Below, one piece after another: positions 25,140 through 40,834 of a stretch of DNA of 64,000 nt. The DNA lies in contig NC_043007.1 of the NCBI RefSeq assembly GCF_006345805.1, positions 9,052,001 to 9,116,000 of the forward strand, read 5' to 3'. The position numbers and the translations under genes are program-made. Source of the DNA: Octopus sinensis. Lineage: Eukaryota. A model generated the notes under the pieces. That model had not been told where the DNA came from, made no database searches, and saw only the letters and a program-made list of their open reading frames with translations. Numbering within the stretch: position 1 is the first letter of the stretch; the number at the start of each line of letters is the position of its first letter.

Positions 25140-26020
25140 AGAGGAGAAGTGAAAAAAAGACATTGAAATGAGAATGCATCGACAGTTTGAAAGGAATACA
25201 CAGGACGTTAAGGATTATACTGCATCGTGGGTATGGCTTGAGCGAAGTGATTTGAAGCGTACCACCGAAAGCCTTATCATTGCTGTACAAGACCAAGCTG
25301 TTGCTACTAGTTCAGTGAAGAATAACATCTATAAAATTTCTGACACCCATAAATGCAGATTCTGTTGAAAGAGTGTGAAAAATGCGATCCACTTGGTAAG
25401 TGGATGTGAGAACCTTGCACAAAAAGATTACAATCGCCTCCACGATAAAGTGTGCGTGAATCTTCATTCGCTCTTATGCCGTAAATATGATATGAAGTAA
25501 CAGAGAATCGGTATGAGCATGTACCAAGTAAAGCTATGCAGGAGGATGGAAAAGTAACGAGACTCCGGAACTATGATTTTCAGACGGATCGTGTAATCGA
25601 ACTTCGTCGACCGGATATTGTCATATTGAGTATGAGAGAAAAATACTGTCAGATCATTGTTGTAGCCATACCAAATGGCATGAATGTTGTGAGCAAAGAG
25701 GTTGAAAAAAACTCACCAATAACTCCGAATTGAAAGTGGAAATGGGAAGACTGTATGGAATGCGAGAGGGTAATGTAAAAGTAATACCAGTGGTGATCCC
25801 AGGGGTTTTACGGGGAATTACGAGCATTACCAACCAGATTTGATAATTTTTGTTGAAGAAATTAGAATTGACATGAGGGTAGAACATTCTCAGGAAACTG
25901 ATGTGGATCTTGAGTTTAGTACTTGTGTCTTTATCATGGAAAGAGACATTGTGAGACACTTAGCAACAGGTTGTTGTCCAACCTTACTGAATTAAAAGGA
26001 GAGTTCTGAGAGGTGAAATC
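25140..26020 (+). mobile_element. Degenerate 3' fragment of an RLE LINE (R4/Dong-like)
   Basis: WL..DLKRTTESLIIAVQDQA, KCRFC, DFQTDRVIELRRPDIVIL..IVVAIP, IPVVIPG; many stops and frameshifts; ends at gaaataataatt. Confidence 0.85.
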
Positions 26021-27248
26021 GAAATAATAATTATTGTGGGTTTCGATTCCTGGACCAGGCAACACGTTCTGTTCTTGAGCAAAACACTTCATTTGACGTT
26101 GCTCCAGTCCACTCGGCTGGCAAAAATGAGTAATCCTGTGACCGATTCACGTGCTGAGAGTTTATCCGCCATGGAAACCGCGAAACTGGATCTTATGAGT
26201 CGGCATGACACGAGAAGTTAACATTTACTTGTTAAGTAATGAGGAATGAGGTGCTGCTTTTACACTTTTAATATCTCATCAATTCCTCTCCATTTACCTA
26301 CACTATGAACCATCCCTATATTATAAACAGCGTTCTTACAGCATTACACTTTTACACTAAGCAAATACTCTAGAAATTATTTAAAAGTCTCCCACTCTCC
26401 AATTAAAATCCTCAGAATACATACCTATATACACAGAAAATGCATATGTTTATACAGACAAACTGAAAGGAACTTTTCCTTATCTTTTTAAAAAATCATA
26501 TTATATATGTAAATAAATTATATTTTATTTTTGTTCCATTTTTATACATGAATATACACGCACATACTATATTAGCCCCATTTTAGAAAATATGCAGTAT
26601 AGAATTTGAGGAAACTTTGTAAACAAACACTAAACAACCGCTGCTTCCACATAACAGGTAATTTAAACCCTTATAAAATTAGTTATAAAGCAATGAACAC
26701 CTCGAGAGAAAACATAAACAAACATTCATTCAAATACTTTTGTCAAAAGCAAAGCAGAAGTGAAACGATCTTCTATACTAACAAACTCATGATGTGCCTG
26801 ACTTAAAAACCCAAACATTAGAAATGAAGATAAACCATTCCCTAGATAAGAACAGCTACAAATAATGAGAGAAACAGCTTAAACTTAGCTCCTATCTACA
26901 TTCGTCTGTGGCAAAAATGTTGACTCACCCAATTACTAGAAATTGTCACCTTGACCTTCATATTGTCAATGCAAAAGGGATTAAATCCAATAACACCAAA
27001 AGCAACAGAAATGCTGTCACACTTTGTACCGACCAAACAAATGAGAAACATCAACAGGCTTGGTTACAAAGTTCTATATGCATCAATGAGTTGTGAACAA
27101 TAACCTAACACCAAATTTAATCAATAAGAACTTAGCATAACACCTGAACATGAAATACGTAATTGCCACGCAACTGAACCTCACAGGCACGAAAACGATT
27201 TTTAACTGAACGGAGGATATATAACAGCAAGACTAACTCTTATGCATC

Positions 27249-27293
27249 GCAGCCTGACGATGGCTTGGCTGGCCGAAACTTCGAAGTCACTGT
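27249..27293 (+). ncRNA. Type I hammerhead ribozyme motif (Penelope-type)
   Basis: CTGACGA 27254-60, extra T, stem II GGC/GCC, GAA, palindromic stem III ACTTCGAAGT, GTC site (C27288); stem I GCAG/CTGT with a C.A mismatch next to the site. Confidence 0.75.
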
Positions 27294-27329
27294 CAAGAAC
27301 ATTCTTGTAATATATATATATATATAATG

Positions 27330-27361
<32 letters not shown>

Positions 27362-27564
27362 ATTCTATATCTTATATAATATATATATATATTATATATT
27401 TATTATATATATATAATATATATATATCTATATATATATATTATATTATATATATTTATATAGGAAGGAAAAATTGTAAAAATGCAGAATGCTAACTTGA
27501 AAGAAAATTTTAATGAAATAAGAAATTGATTAAAATATATAAATATATATTATTCAAAACCGGT

Positions 27565-27647
<83 letters not shown>

Positions 27648-28069
27648 TGTATGTGTGTGTATGTGTGTGCATATGCGTGAGTGTATGTATTTGGGTTGGG
27701 TGGTTGTGTTCGCGTGTGTTTGTGCGTGTCTGATTGTGTGTAGGAATTTGTGTCTATTTGTTTCCCACTACTGGATGAAAACCGTTGTTGGTGAGTTTAT
27801 GTCCGGTAACTTAGTGGTTCCGCAAATGAGACCGATAAAAGAGTGTCAGACTTAACAAATATAAGTAATAGAGTTCATTAATTCCACTAGAATCCTTTAA
27901 AGCGGTTCCCTAGCACAACCGCCATCTAATGACTGAAACAAAAGAGAAGAGAAAAAGAAAGGCTTTGAAAAAAATCTTCCAATATTTTCTTTCCGTAAGA
28001 CAAGTAACAAAACAGTTTGATCGGTGTCTTATTGTGAGTTTTCTCTTGTAAATCAATTTTTGTGAACCC

Positions 28070-29656
<1,587 letters not shown>

Positions 29657-29716
<60 letters not shown>

Positions 29717-29832
29717 TAATAATAATAATAATGATAATAATGATGATGATGATGATAATGATAATAATAATAATAATAATAATAAAAATAATAATAATGA
29801 TAATAATAATAATAATAATAATAATAATAGTA

Positions 29833-29889
<57 letters not shown>

Positions 29890-29905
29890 GTAATAATAAT
29901 AATAA
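29657..29905 (+). repeat. (AAT)n microsatellite
   Basis: Direct reading. Similar tracts at 30408-30520, 31800-31880 and 63000-63370. Confidence 0.95.
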
Positions 29906-30408
29906 TCGTTTCTAATATAGGTCTAAAATTTTGGGCCATAGTCAACGTCGGCGGAATTTCAAGTCAGAACGTAGCGCCAGACGAAATACCTATTTCTTTA
30001 CTATCCACAAAGGGTTAAACACAGAGAGGAGAAACAAGGACAGACAAACGGATTAAGTCCATTATATCGAACCCAGTGCATAACTGGTACTTATTTAATC
30101 GACCCCGAAAGGATAAAAGGCAATGTCGACCTCGGCGGAATTTGAACTCAGAACGTAAAGACAGACGAAATACTTATTTCTTTACTTCCCACAAGGGGCT
30201 AAACACAGAGAGGACAAACAAGGATAGACAAACGGATTAAGTCCATTATCTCGACCCCAGTGCGTAACTGGTACTTATTTAATCGACCCCGAAAGTATGA
30301 AAGGCAAAGTCGCCTTCGGCGGTACTTGAACTGAGACCGTAACGGCAGACGAAATACTACTAAGCATTTCGCCCGGAGCGCTAACGTTTCTGCCAGGTCG
30401 CCGCCTTA
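29905..30408 (-). mobile_element. SINE family A, three units
   Basis: Head at 30408 preceded by (TTA)n on the element strand; tail runs into (ATT)n. Confidence 0.85.
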
Positions 30409-30444
30409 ATAATAATAATAATAAGACAACAACAACAACAACAA

Positions 30445-30500
<56 letters not shown>

Positions 30501-31069
30501 GTAATGACAAAAATAATAACAACAACGATATGACGAGAATAATAGTTCACGTGAGAGAAGGATACTATATATATATATATATATTATATTATATATATAT
30601 ATAGATATACTATATATATATATATATATATATATGATATATATGTATGTATATAATAAAACAAATTTAAAGAGAATACTTGTTTGTGTGAAATGAGAAA
30701 AAGGCATTAAAAGCCTTGTTTTTATGTCAATGTAACCTGCTATGCTAACCTATATAATATAAGATTACACTTGTGTAATGGCACTTTCACTAGGAAAAAT
30801 AGAAACACAACAGGAAAACCCATCAACAAGAACAATAAATGCACTTATTTCTATGATTAAGAAGGTATTAGAAAAAGGGCTTAATCGTTTGACATGTTTC
30901 AGAATCAGTGAAGCATTGTCAGACATGTTTGGGGATCACACTTGCAAACGTATTGACGCAAATGTGTAAACAAGGATACGTAGAAAATAAATAGTGGAGA
31001 AAATGCATCCATGGCAAATGTTCTGGAAAGTGATAGGGAAAAATAAAATAAAATAATATATAAAAATAC

Positions 31070-31088
31070 ATATATATATATGTATATA

Positions 31089-31136
<48 letters not shown>

Positions 31137-31289
31137 CATATATATACATTATATATATATATCACACATATATATATATATACAAATATATATATATATA
31201 TATACATATATATATGTATATATATATATATTATATATATAATATATATATATTATATATATGCACATATATATATACATATATTTATA

Positions 31290-31321
<32 letters not shown>

Positions 31322-31325
31322 CATA

Positions 31326-31395
<70 letters not shown>
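31070..31395. repeat. (TA)n-dominated microsatellite, representative of many TA/CA/TG tracts
   Basis: Direct reading; comparable tracts include 560-810, 1380-1660, 3700-3960, 23490-23830, 36465-36910 and 61880-62320. Confidence 0.97.
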
Positions 31396-31396
<1 letters not shown>

Positions 31397-31799
31397 CACA
31401 CAAGACGACTGGCAGCAAATAATTGCCGGACTGTAAACATCCATATGCTAATTAATTCGACAGATCTGTATTACTCATTTTGACATTTATTTATTTATTT
31501 TTTTGTTCCTTTTTTTTCATTGGTTTTTGTTTTTTTCGTTTTCATTAAAGTCAGTGAGGACAATTGCAAGCTTTTTACTGAAAAATAAGAAGCAATTATT
31601 TGCCGCGTACAAACTATAATGGCTGCTGTTCAATGCGTTGGGGGTCGTGCGAATGGATAGTTTAATAGGCGGATGAGTCATCTGTACATATCTTTGTGGA
31701 CGGATGTCATCAACCTTTTGTTTGCCTTCTTTTACCGAGGATTTCATTGCAATTTTGTATTAATAATTATATTTTTCTCTTCATCTTTTCTATACAATA

Positions 31800-31862
<63 letters not shown>

Positions 31863-31973
31863 TAATAATAATATAATATATAATATATAATACACACGTG
31901 TTGTTTAATGACTGAGCGAAAGAATAGGCTCGACTGCTTATAATCTTCAAAACAATTTAGTAAATGGTATGCA

Positions 31974-32060
<87 letters not shown>

Positions 32061-32885
32061 ATAATATATATATGTATACATATATATACACACATATATA
32101 TATAGACGCCTAAGTATCTCAATGGTCTGTGTATAACATGTTTTTATTAAAACCCTTATTAATCTCCAAGCACTCTAACGTTTCTGCGCCGTCTATTGAT
32201 ATGTCACACATTTTTGTTGTCTCTTGTATTCCTTTGTAGCACCACGTTACATTTCTGTGTGCTATCTTTCATCCATTAACCTCCCGTTATGAAACCCATT
32301 CAATCTTTTTTTTGTCTGCTATTTTTATTTGTTATATATATATATATATATGTTCTTTTTATTTTACTTTTGTAGCATCTGTTCTTCCATGTTGTTTTCT
32401 TTTTATCTTTTCTTTTATTCGACCCTTTCAGCATCTTACAATTCTTAAGTAGACTCTAATGTTCCTTAATGGTTTGCTTGACACGGCTGACACAAGTATT
32501 TTCCAATGTCATTTTCATATTCCTTCAGAAACACAAAAAGTAAAAGAAAATAGTTATGACACGAACTGCAGATAAAGAAGGACTTGGTGGAAATTAACAG
32601 ATGATATTGTCAGCAATAAAACGGGACTACGTGATTCGAAGACACAGTATTCAGCAACACGGCGGTGGTAATAATAACTTCAAAAAAATAATTTGTTACA
32701 AAATGACAGAAATTCTTGCGAATTGCTGAGTCGACTAAAAGAATTCATGTTCAATACATGGTTATTATGACCCAGGGAATAGGATACATAAACCTTACTC
32801 TTCAGATTCGAACCCACAACGAAATGTTGTTTGACAAAATGTTGCATGACATTCATTACTAAGGTTTAAATATTTCACGAAAAAC

Positions 32886-33502
32886 GCGGCGAGCTGGCAG
32901 AAACGTTAGCACGCCGGGCGAATTGCTTAATGGGATATCGTCTGCCGCTACGTTCTCAGTTCAAATTCCGCCGAGGTCCACTTTGCCTTTATCCTTCCGA
33001 GTTCGATTAAATAAGTACCAGTTACGCACTGGGGTCGATGTAATCGACTTAATCCGTTTGTCTGTCCTTGTTTGTCCTCTATGTGTTTAGCCCCTTGTGG
33101 GTAGTAAAGAAATAAGGATATTGTCTGCTGTTGCATTCTGAGTTCAAATTCTGCTGAGGTCGACTTTGCTTTCATCCTTTCGGGGTCGATAAATTAAGTA
33201 CCAGTTACGCACTGGGGTCGATGTAATCGACTTAACCCGTTTGTCGTCCTTGTTTGTCCCCTGTATGTTTAGCCCCTTGTGGGCAATAAAGAAATAAGAA
33301 ACGCTAGCACGGAGGGAGAAATGTTTATCAGTATTTCGCCTGTCTTTACGTCCCGAATTCAAATTCCGTCTAGGTCGACTTTGCCCTTCATCCTTTTGGG
33401 GTCGATAAATTAAGTACCAGTTGCGTACCGGGGTCGGTCTAATCGACTAGCCCCCTCCCCTAAAATTTCGGGCCTTTTGCCTAGAGTAGAAAAGAATATT
33501 TC
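32886..33502 (+). mobile_element. SINE family A, multi-unit
   Basis: gcggcgagctggcagaaacg head, repeated units, terminal cccctcccctaaaatttcgggcctt..agtagaaaagaatatt. Confidence 0.85.
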
Positions 33503-35214
33503 TCACGAAAAATTTTAGATTGATAACAATATTATAACAATATAATAACAATAATAAGAATCCTTCCTGATTTTGGCGCAAGGCATGAAAATTTGACAAC
33601 AGTCTTCCATAACTATTCGTCGAACCTTCTCAGTCAGCTTCTCGTTTCAGCTTGTGGATATATCGCTAACATATAGAGGTATTGGATCGTGTCCCACGCA
33701 TACGGAAAACCCATTTTTTCCCATTGAGGGTTTATACTATTTACTTTAGTCAATGCACGGTGATCACTTGTAAGCTTTAAGCTTAAGCTTATAAAATATC
33801 ATTTATTATTAACAAAATTGTCACTCATCACCGCAGAAAACGCACATGTTTGTTTAAATAACAAGCAGTGGTGTGTATAAATACGAACTTAGTCCCAGTA
33901 CAAATATGATTGAGGGATATTCGAACGGGTCAGAAAGTCATTCACTCTATTTGTCATGCAGAAAATTTCTCACTCTAGACAAAGAGGTTTAAATACAGCA
34001 AGACAGCACATAGCCCCATCTAACCAGACTGTAGGATGCATGCATTTCAGAGTGGTTATTTCCCCTTGAAGAACAGAGATTGAAAACGCAGAAGTTGCGA
34101 ACCGACATGATCGACAAGTTCCTCTCATGATATTCCCTTCTTCGTTCGCCGTAAATTTAATGAGCCGACAACCCTAAACGGTCATATGAATGCGACAATG
34201 TGCTTTAGTTTGTAACTGATGATGTGACAGTTTGTGACTAATGAAGCGACAGTTTGTGAATGCACTGAAATATATAAAACATCATAGACTAAGAATAATG
34301 ATTACGTATTGTAGCACTAAGCCAGCAGTTCTGAGGAAGGCGTAAATCGATTACATCGACCCCAATACACAACTGGTATTTACTTTAACACCCCAGAGAG
34401 GACGAAAGACAAAGGCAACCTCAGTCGACTTTTATCTCAGAACGTGAAGACGGACGAAATGCCGCTAAGCATTTTTCCCGATGTGCTAACGATTATGCCA
34501 ACTCGCCGCCTTTCATTTTAAATTTGAACATAACTTGAACATAACCTAAACCTTACAAATACCTACTCCGTCACACCATGCATAACCAATCCTATCTGTG
34601 TATATATAATTGAAATTCTTCATTGAGGTTTTAATAATTCTAATGTGGAGTAACTCAGAGATGGGTTATAGACAATGTGCTTTCTTATTCTTAGTTGACC
34701 CTCTAGTCTGCTCTGTTTGAGAAAGTCTATGACTAAATGCTGGGAAACTGCGACAAATTCTTTTTTCTGCTTTGCGATATGCTGTAGTATCATTTAAGGA
34801 ATTGACTCAATTTTGTTTTTGTTAATTTAGATATTTAGCATGAAACTTAAGGAAAATTTCACGGTAAATTCTAGCAAAGGGAGCGAACATCTGGAGATGA
34901 TCTCTTCGCTGATTTTTTAACATGATCATGGTATACATGGCTGGTCATACAGTGCTTTGCATCATTTTAGCTTTTGAATGATATATATACTCAGCTAGTT
35001 AACCGAGGAAGCCGTCATTTTCCCTGATCGGAGGGCTAGTACAGTCGAAGGGTTACCCATTTACAGCCCGGCAGGGGCAGCGTGAAATGAAGTGTTTTTC
35101 TCCAGAACACGACACACAGCTGGTCTGGGAATCGAAACCAGGATCTTGCGATCACCAGTCCAACGTGCTTAAACACTGGGCCACGCGCCTTCACATCTTT
35201 CACATGTGTTACAT

Positions 35215-35525
35215 TAAGCCCGTTCGTTCCTTCTCGAGCCATTCCTGGTTCATAAAGGCTAGTTTCCCAGTTTCCTTGGCGTATAGGTTACCCACCTGGA
35301 CGGGATGCCGGTCCGTCGCAGGTGAGCTGCAAGATGCAGGAGGAAAGAGTGAGAGAAAGTTGTGGCGAAAGAGTCAGCAGAAGTTCGCCATTATATTCTG
35401 CCGGGGCCGGATGGAGCTTAGGTGTTTCGCTCATAAACGCACACATCGCCAGGTCTGAGATTCGAACCCGCGATCCCTCGATCGTGAGTCTGCTGCTCTA
35501 ACCACTAGACCATGTGTCTCCACGT
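35215..35525 (-). mobile_element. SINE with a family C-like head and a different 3' body
   Basis: Head ggagacacatggtctagtggttagagc..gggttcgaatctc..gcgaaacacctaagctcc. Confidence 0.75.
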
Positions 35526-36469
35526 TACATTAAGTTGACATATTTCAATTGAAATTCTATATAATTAATTGGGGTCAGACATTCGGATCGGGTTACAAGG
35601 GTAACACGGAGTACATGGGCATTCACCAAACACCTCTATTTCAAGCGCAAGTATCACCATTGTTTCCACGTTGACTTAGTTTTAATGAGGCAGTCGGAAA
35701 ATTGAGACAATATAGTCCGTTCATGTCATGTTGCGTGTGTTTGCATGTATATGTAGCTGGCTACTTTTTTTTTTTCTCATCATAAAAGTCTGTTTTGGCT
35801 TCGGCGTTTGTCACCAGAGCGGTCATGTTACTGTAATCCCATCTTGATTTCAAGTACTCAAAAAATACAATTTAGATTACTTATCACTTCTAAGTTCTCA
35901 TGTCATTATTCCGATTTATTATGTTTCTCTGAACCAAATATCAAATCAAACGTAATTTTGTTCTTATTCTTTTTTTTTTTTTGTGTTAGAAAAAAAGAAA
36001 TAAATAACAACAAAAACGAAGATAGTAGAAAAAAAATAATAAAATAAGGCAAAACAAAAAGCTATGCAAAATGGCAGCGGAATTTTCAAATCACTTGGAC
36101 ATTTAATTATATTACTATTTGTATTCATTCGTAGTTTCGACCGCCGGAAACATTTAATTTTCTCAAACATTATTTCGTTTGCTGCCTGGCCATTATTTGA
36201 AACCATATAAACATTTAGTACAATACATCACCCAATAGATACAGGACACGCACATACACAGACAAACATACATACACACACACAAACAGACATAGACGGA
36301 GTTAAGCAAAATGTACATACGTGTGTAAGTGTGTGTTTGTCTGAATGAAGGGGTACTTGTGTGTTTGCGTGCAGTCTGTGTACGAATGGTGCGTCACCAC
36401 CAATATACAGAAAGTTGCATGTGGGTATCCACTGTCTATTGATTTGCGTATTGTACTACACACACGCAC

Positions 36470-36503
<34 letters not shown>

Positions 36504-36527
36504 TTGTATATACAGATATATTATATG

Positions 36528-36569
<42 letters not shown>

Positions 36570-36600
36570 CATATAAATATACATTTGATAGATTGTATAT

Positions 36601-36631
<31 letters not shown>

Positions 36632-36659
36632 CAAGAATACACACACACACACGTGTATG

Positions 36660-36708
<49 letters not shown>

Positions 36709-36745
36709 ATGTGTGTGTATATATATATATATGTATGTGTATATA

Positions 36746-36791
<46 letters not shown>

Positions 36792-36803
36792 TATATATAT
36801 ACA

Positions 36804-36911
<108 letters not shown>

Positions 36912-37505
36912 CGGTTTGAAAAGCGTATATACAGGCCTGTATACGAGCATGTGTGTTTTAATGTTGTTATGTGTCGAAGTGTTATAAGCTTGATTCATCG
37001 CTACAAGTTTTCATTTCCTGACGAGATCAATTGTTTACAATGAAAACAATTATCGATTGAAAAGTCTTTTTATCTAATAAAAGTTATCCGTTACAATATA
37101 TATAGCATAAAATAATTGGCCTCTTAAAAGATAGTTCGGGCAGGAGAGATTCGATCCCGAGTGGTATTGGGTCACAGGACAATTATATATGTGCGAGACA
37201 GCAAAAGTTAGGTCTAGCTTTTATGGCGTTGCACTCACGGTCAAGAGATGATGGTTTCATTTCTCGGATAGGGTGGATCGTTGTTATGTCGAGCAAACGT
37301 CATCATTTCCCGTTGTTCTTGTCTATTCAGCTGTAAATGTGTGACATTGTGACGGAATATTTTTTCGATGTTGGCCTGCTCACCAAGCCAGCAGGTTGGC
37401 AGCATTTGAAAATTAAAAAACAACAACATGCGAATGGTACTGAGACCGGCGATACATAACAACATCCGATAGTCTGGTCGGTACCGTGATATACCATGGG
37501 ATCAG

Positions 37506-37889
37506 TGGAGGCGCAATGGCCCAGTGGTTAGGGCAGCGGACTCGCGGTCATAGGATCGCGGTTTCGATTCCCAGACCGGGCGTTGTGAGTGTTTATTGAG
37601 CGAAAACACCTAAAAGCTCCACGAGGCTCCGGCAGGGGATGGTGGTGATCCCTGCTGTACTCTTTCACCACAACTTTCTCTCACTCTTACTTCCTGTTTC
37701 TGTTGTACCTGTATTTCAAAGGGCCGGCCTTGTCACTCTCTGTGTCACGCTGAATATCCCCGAGAACTACGTTAAGGGTACACGTGTCTGTGGAGTGCTC
37801 AGCCACTTACACGTTAATTTCACGAGCAGGCTGTTCCGTTGATTCGGATCAACCGGAACCCTCGTCGTCGTAACCGACGGAGTCCTTCC
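37506..37889 (+). mobile_element. SINE family C with a probable 12-bp target-site duplication
   Basis: Intact head and body; ataccatgggat (37491-37502) versus atatcatgggat (37890-37901). Confidence 0.85.
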
Positions 37890-39304
37890 ATATCATGGGA
37901 TTGCACCTAGAAATCTCCCCGCCGAGGTACAAGCCCGGATAAGGTTATTTATGGAAGACCAGCAGTCGCCCAGGCATACCAGATTCTATCCTCCTCACCA
38001 CTGATGGCAAAGGTTGATACAGCTTGGCACCAGTATTGTTATGACTCATTTCTGCAGCTGAGTGAACTGGAGCAAAAGGGAAATAATGTGTCTCGCTCAA
38101 GAACACAACACACAGCTTGGTTCGGTAATCGAACTCACTACCTTATGATTGGGAGCGCGACGCTCTAACCACTGAACCATGCGCCTTCAACATATATATA
38201 TGTGTGTACGTGCGTGTGTGTGTAATTCACATACCTTCTATTTTATCTAAACATTTCTTTAAATATCATTTGATTTTAACCTAGAAACGTCGCTGGATTT
38301 TATTGTCTGGGGTTCATAGGGGGGAGATTATTAGATCCTTATGCCGTATATCGATCGAAATCAATACATTCCCTCCTGAACGGGAAGCTAATCCGTTGCA
38401 TGGTTATTCATTTACAGATGAGTGAGCTTCAACAACGCGAAATGAAATGTTTGGCTTAAGAACACATCTGACTGCCCGATTCAGGAATCGAAACCACTGG
38501 CCAATGCCTTAACCAATTGATCACGCGCTTTCTGCGATATGACAATCGATATGCATTTCATTTTTCATTCTACATATATCATCCACCCACACACCATATC
38601 ATGTGTGTGTGTTCGTGTGTGTTCGTGTGTATATATGTGTGTTTGGTTACCTGTATGTGTGTGTATTCTCCGGTCTTCCGGGAATCAAAGCCAGAGTTTC
38701 ACGATCACGAGTGCCAGAGCCAGACCCTAAATGAAGACCCCCGTCACTTCGAAGCAAGACCTCGCTCTAAATTTGTATTGTATACGACTTTACGATCTAC
38801 CAACCAGAAAGCAGCGGAGACAAGCTACACAATTCCTTTCAACAGAAATACATTTTACCTATATTATATCTTACCTGACATAATTGACACCTCTCTCATA
38901 ATACCTTTTCCACATCATTCTACCATTAAAATTGTGCCCTACATCTTTTATCTTTTACGATATAATATCTGTTATATAAATGTTTGATGGTGATTAACCG
39001 ATTAATAGACGCTAAGGTGATATTACTTACAATAAGATATCAGCAAAGCAAAAGACACCAGTTTTCTGTAATGCGGCTATCGTTGATAATAAAAGTATCG
39101 TGTTATCTATTTTCTCTTACGTTCTTACTTTCAACTCTACTTAACAAATGTTATTGAAGGTATTATATTGTTGCGCATAACAATATGCAAAGCAAATATC
39201 GTTGCCATTTATTCACGGATCATAGTTATAATTCCGCGTCCAGAGAAGATTAATAGAAATGGCATCAACAATAATAATAATATTAATAATAATAATTTCT
39301 TCAT

Positions 39305-39710
39305 TTAATAATGATTTCAAATTTTGGCACAAGGCCAACAGTTTTTTGTTGAAGGGAAAAAGTCGATAATATATGCTCCAGTGTTTCACCGGTACTTAAA
39401 TTATCGACCCCGAAAGGATGAAAGGCAGATTCGACCCCGGCGAAATTTGAACTCAGAATGTAGCCGCGGGCGAAATACCTATTTCGTTACTCCCTACAAG
39501 GGGCTAAACACAGAGAAGATAAACAAGGACAGACAAACGGATTAAGTCGATTATATAGACCCCAGTTCGTAACTGGTACTTATTTAATCGACCCCGATAA
39601 GATGAAAAGTAAAGTCGACCTCGGCGGTTTTGAACTTAGAACATACCGGCAGACGAAATACGGCTGCGCGTTTCGCCCGGCGTGCTAACGTTTCTGCCAG
39701 CTCGCCGCCT
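39305..39710 (-). mobile_element. SINE family A, two units
   Basis: Same head and body on the minus strand. Confidence 0.85.
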
Positions 39711-39789
39711 TATTTGTTTATTTGATACGTACTTACATAGTACAGAGGATTTGACGCTGCGGCTTGTGTACGACAATAAAAACAGCTTA

Positions 39790-40585
39790 AAGTTGCATTC
39801 CATTGTAAATTTGTCAGAGAACTTATCGTTACGTCTGAATTAGATGAAAAAAATTGAAGCCACTGCTGCCAGGCACGCAAAAGGAATCATGCAGACTGCA
39901 AAATAACACGGGCAAAAACAAACTGAGGAGCGGTGGTGCCAAAAGCCTCAGTATGGACAATACATTCTTCGCAGTGAAAATGCTGATGTAGACCAAGTAA
40001 CAATCAATCAGTGGCTGAGAAGTTCAGGACTGAAAGCAGAGATTGAAGTCTTCATACTGGCGGTACAAAACAAAAGCTTACTTAGCAGAAATTACCAGGC
40101 TAACGTTCTTCAAAACGGTACTGACCCTAAATGCAGATTCTGCGATACATTTGACCGTCTTGTTTCGGATTGTCTTCTTCTGATACTAAACGAATACAAA
40201 AATAACCAGGATAGGATAGGACAGTATTTACATTGGAAAATACGTAAACCTTACAAAATCCACACTCCCAATAAGTGATATGAGCACCATACCGAGTAGT
40301 CATGACGGTAAAATTGCCCCATCTTCCGGGATTTTCCAGTCAACAGTGGTAGGACAATCCTAGCTAATCTTCCAGGTATAGTTATTAAAGACAGGCAAGA
40401 AAATACTTGTAGACTAATAGATATAAGTATCCCCATTGATAAAAAAATGTATAAATAAAAATTTGAGAAGCTTCCTGAAGACCGGAAAGCAGAAATGAAA
40501 ATGATGTGGCATCTTTAAGCAAAAACTGTTTTTGTAGGTGACCTAGGTATGATAAAAAGGGATGTAAGAAACACTAGTTTCTAAA
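39790..40585 (+). mobile_element. Degenerate R4/Dong fragment related to the 13450 element
   Basis: QWLRSSGLKAE, RNYQANV..NGTDPKCRFC, CRLIDISIP, MMWHL match the long element; disrupted. Confidence 0.85.
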
Positions 40586-40742
40586 CAAGTACTACCTACA
40601 TCAGCCTCTAAGGGACATCGTCAACTGGTTAAGGTCAAAGAACTGACAAGCAAATCTGTGGTATTAATCAGAATATTTACTGTAGCCCATCTTCTATACC
40701 AAGACAATTATTATTATCATCATTATTATTATTATTATTATT

Positions 40743-40775
<33 letters not shown>

Positions 40776-40834
40776 ATCATCATCATCATCATCATCGTTA
40801 ATATCATTATCATTACTATTATTATTATTGAGGT

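Noticed and set aside
37015-37070. CTGACGA followed by a hairpin
   Set aside because: GAAA does not directly follow the stem; no stem III or stem I.
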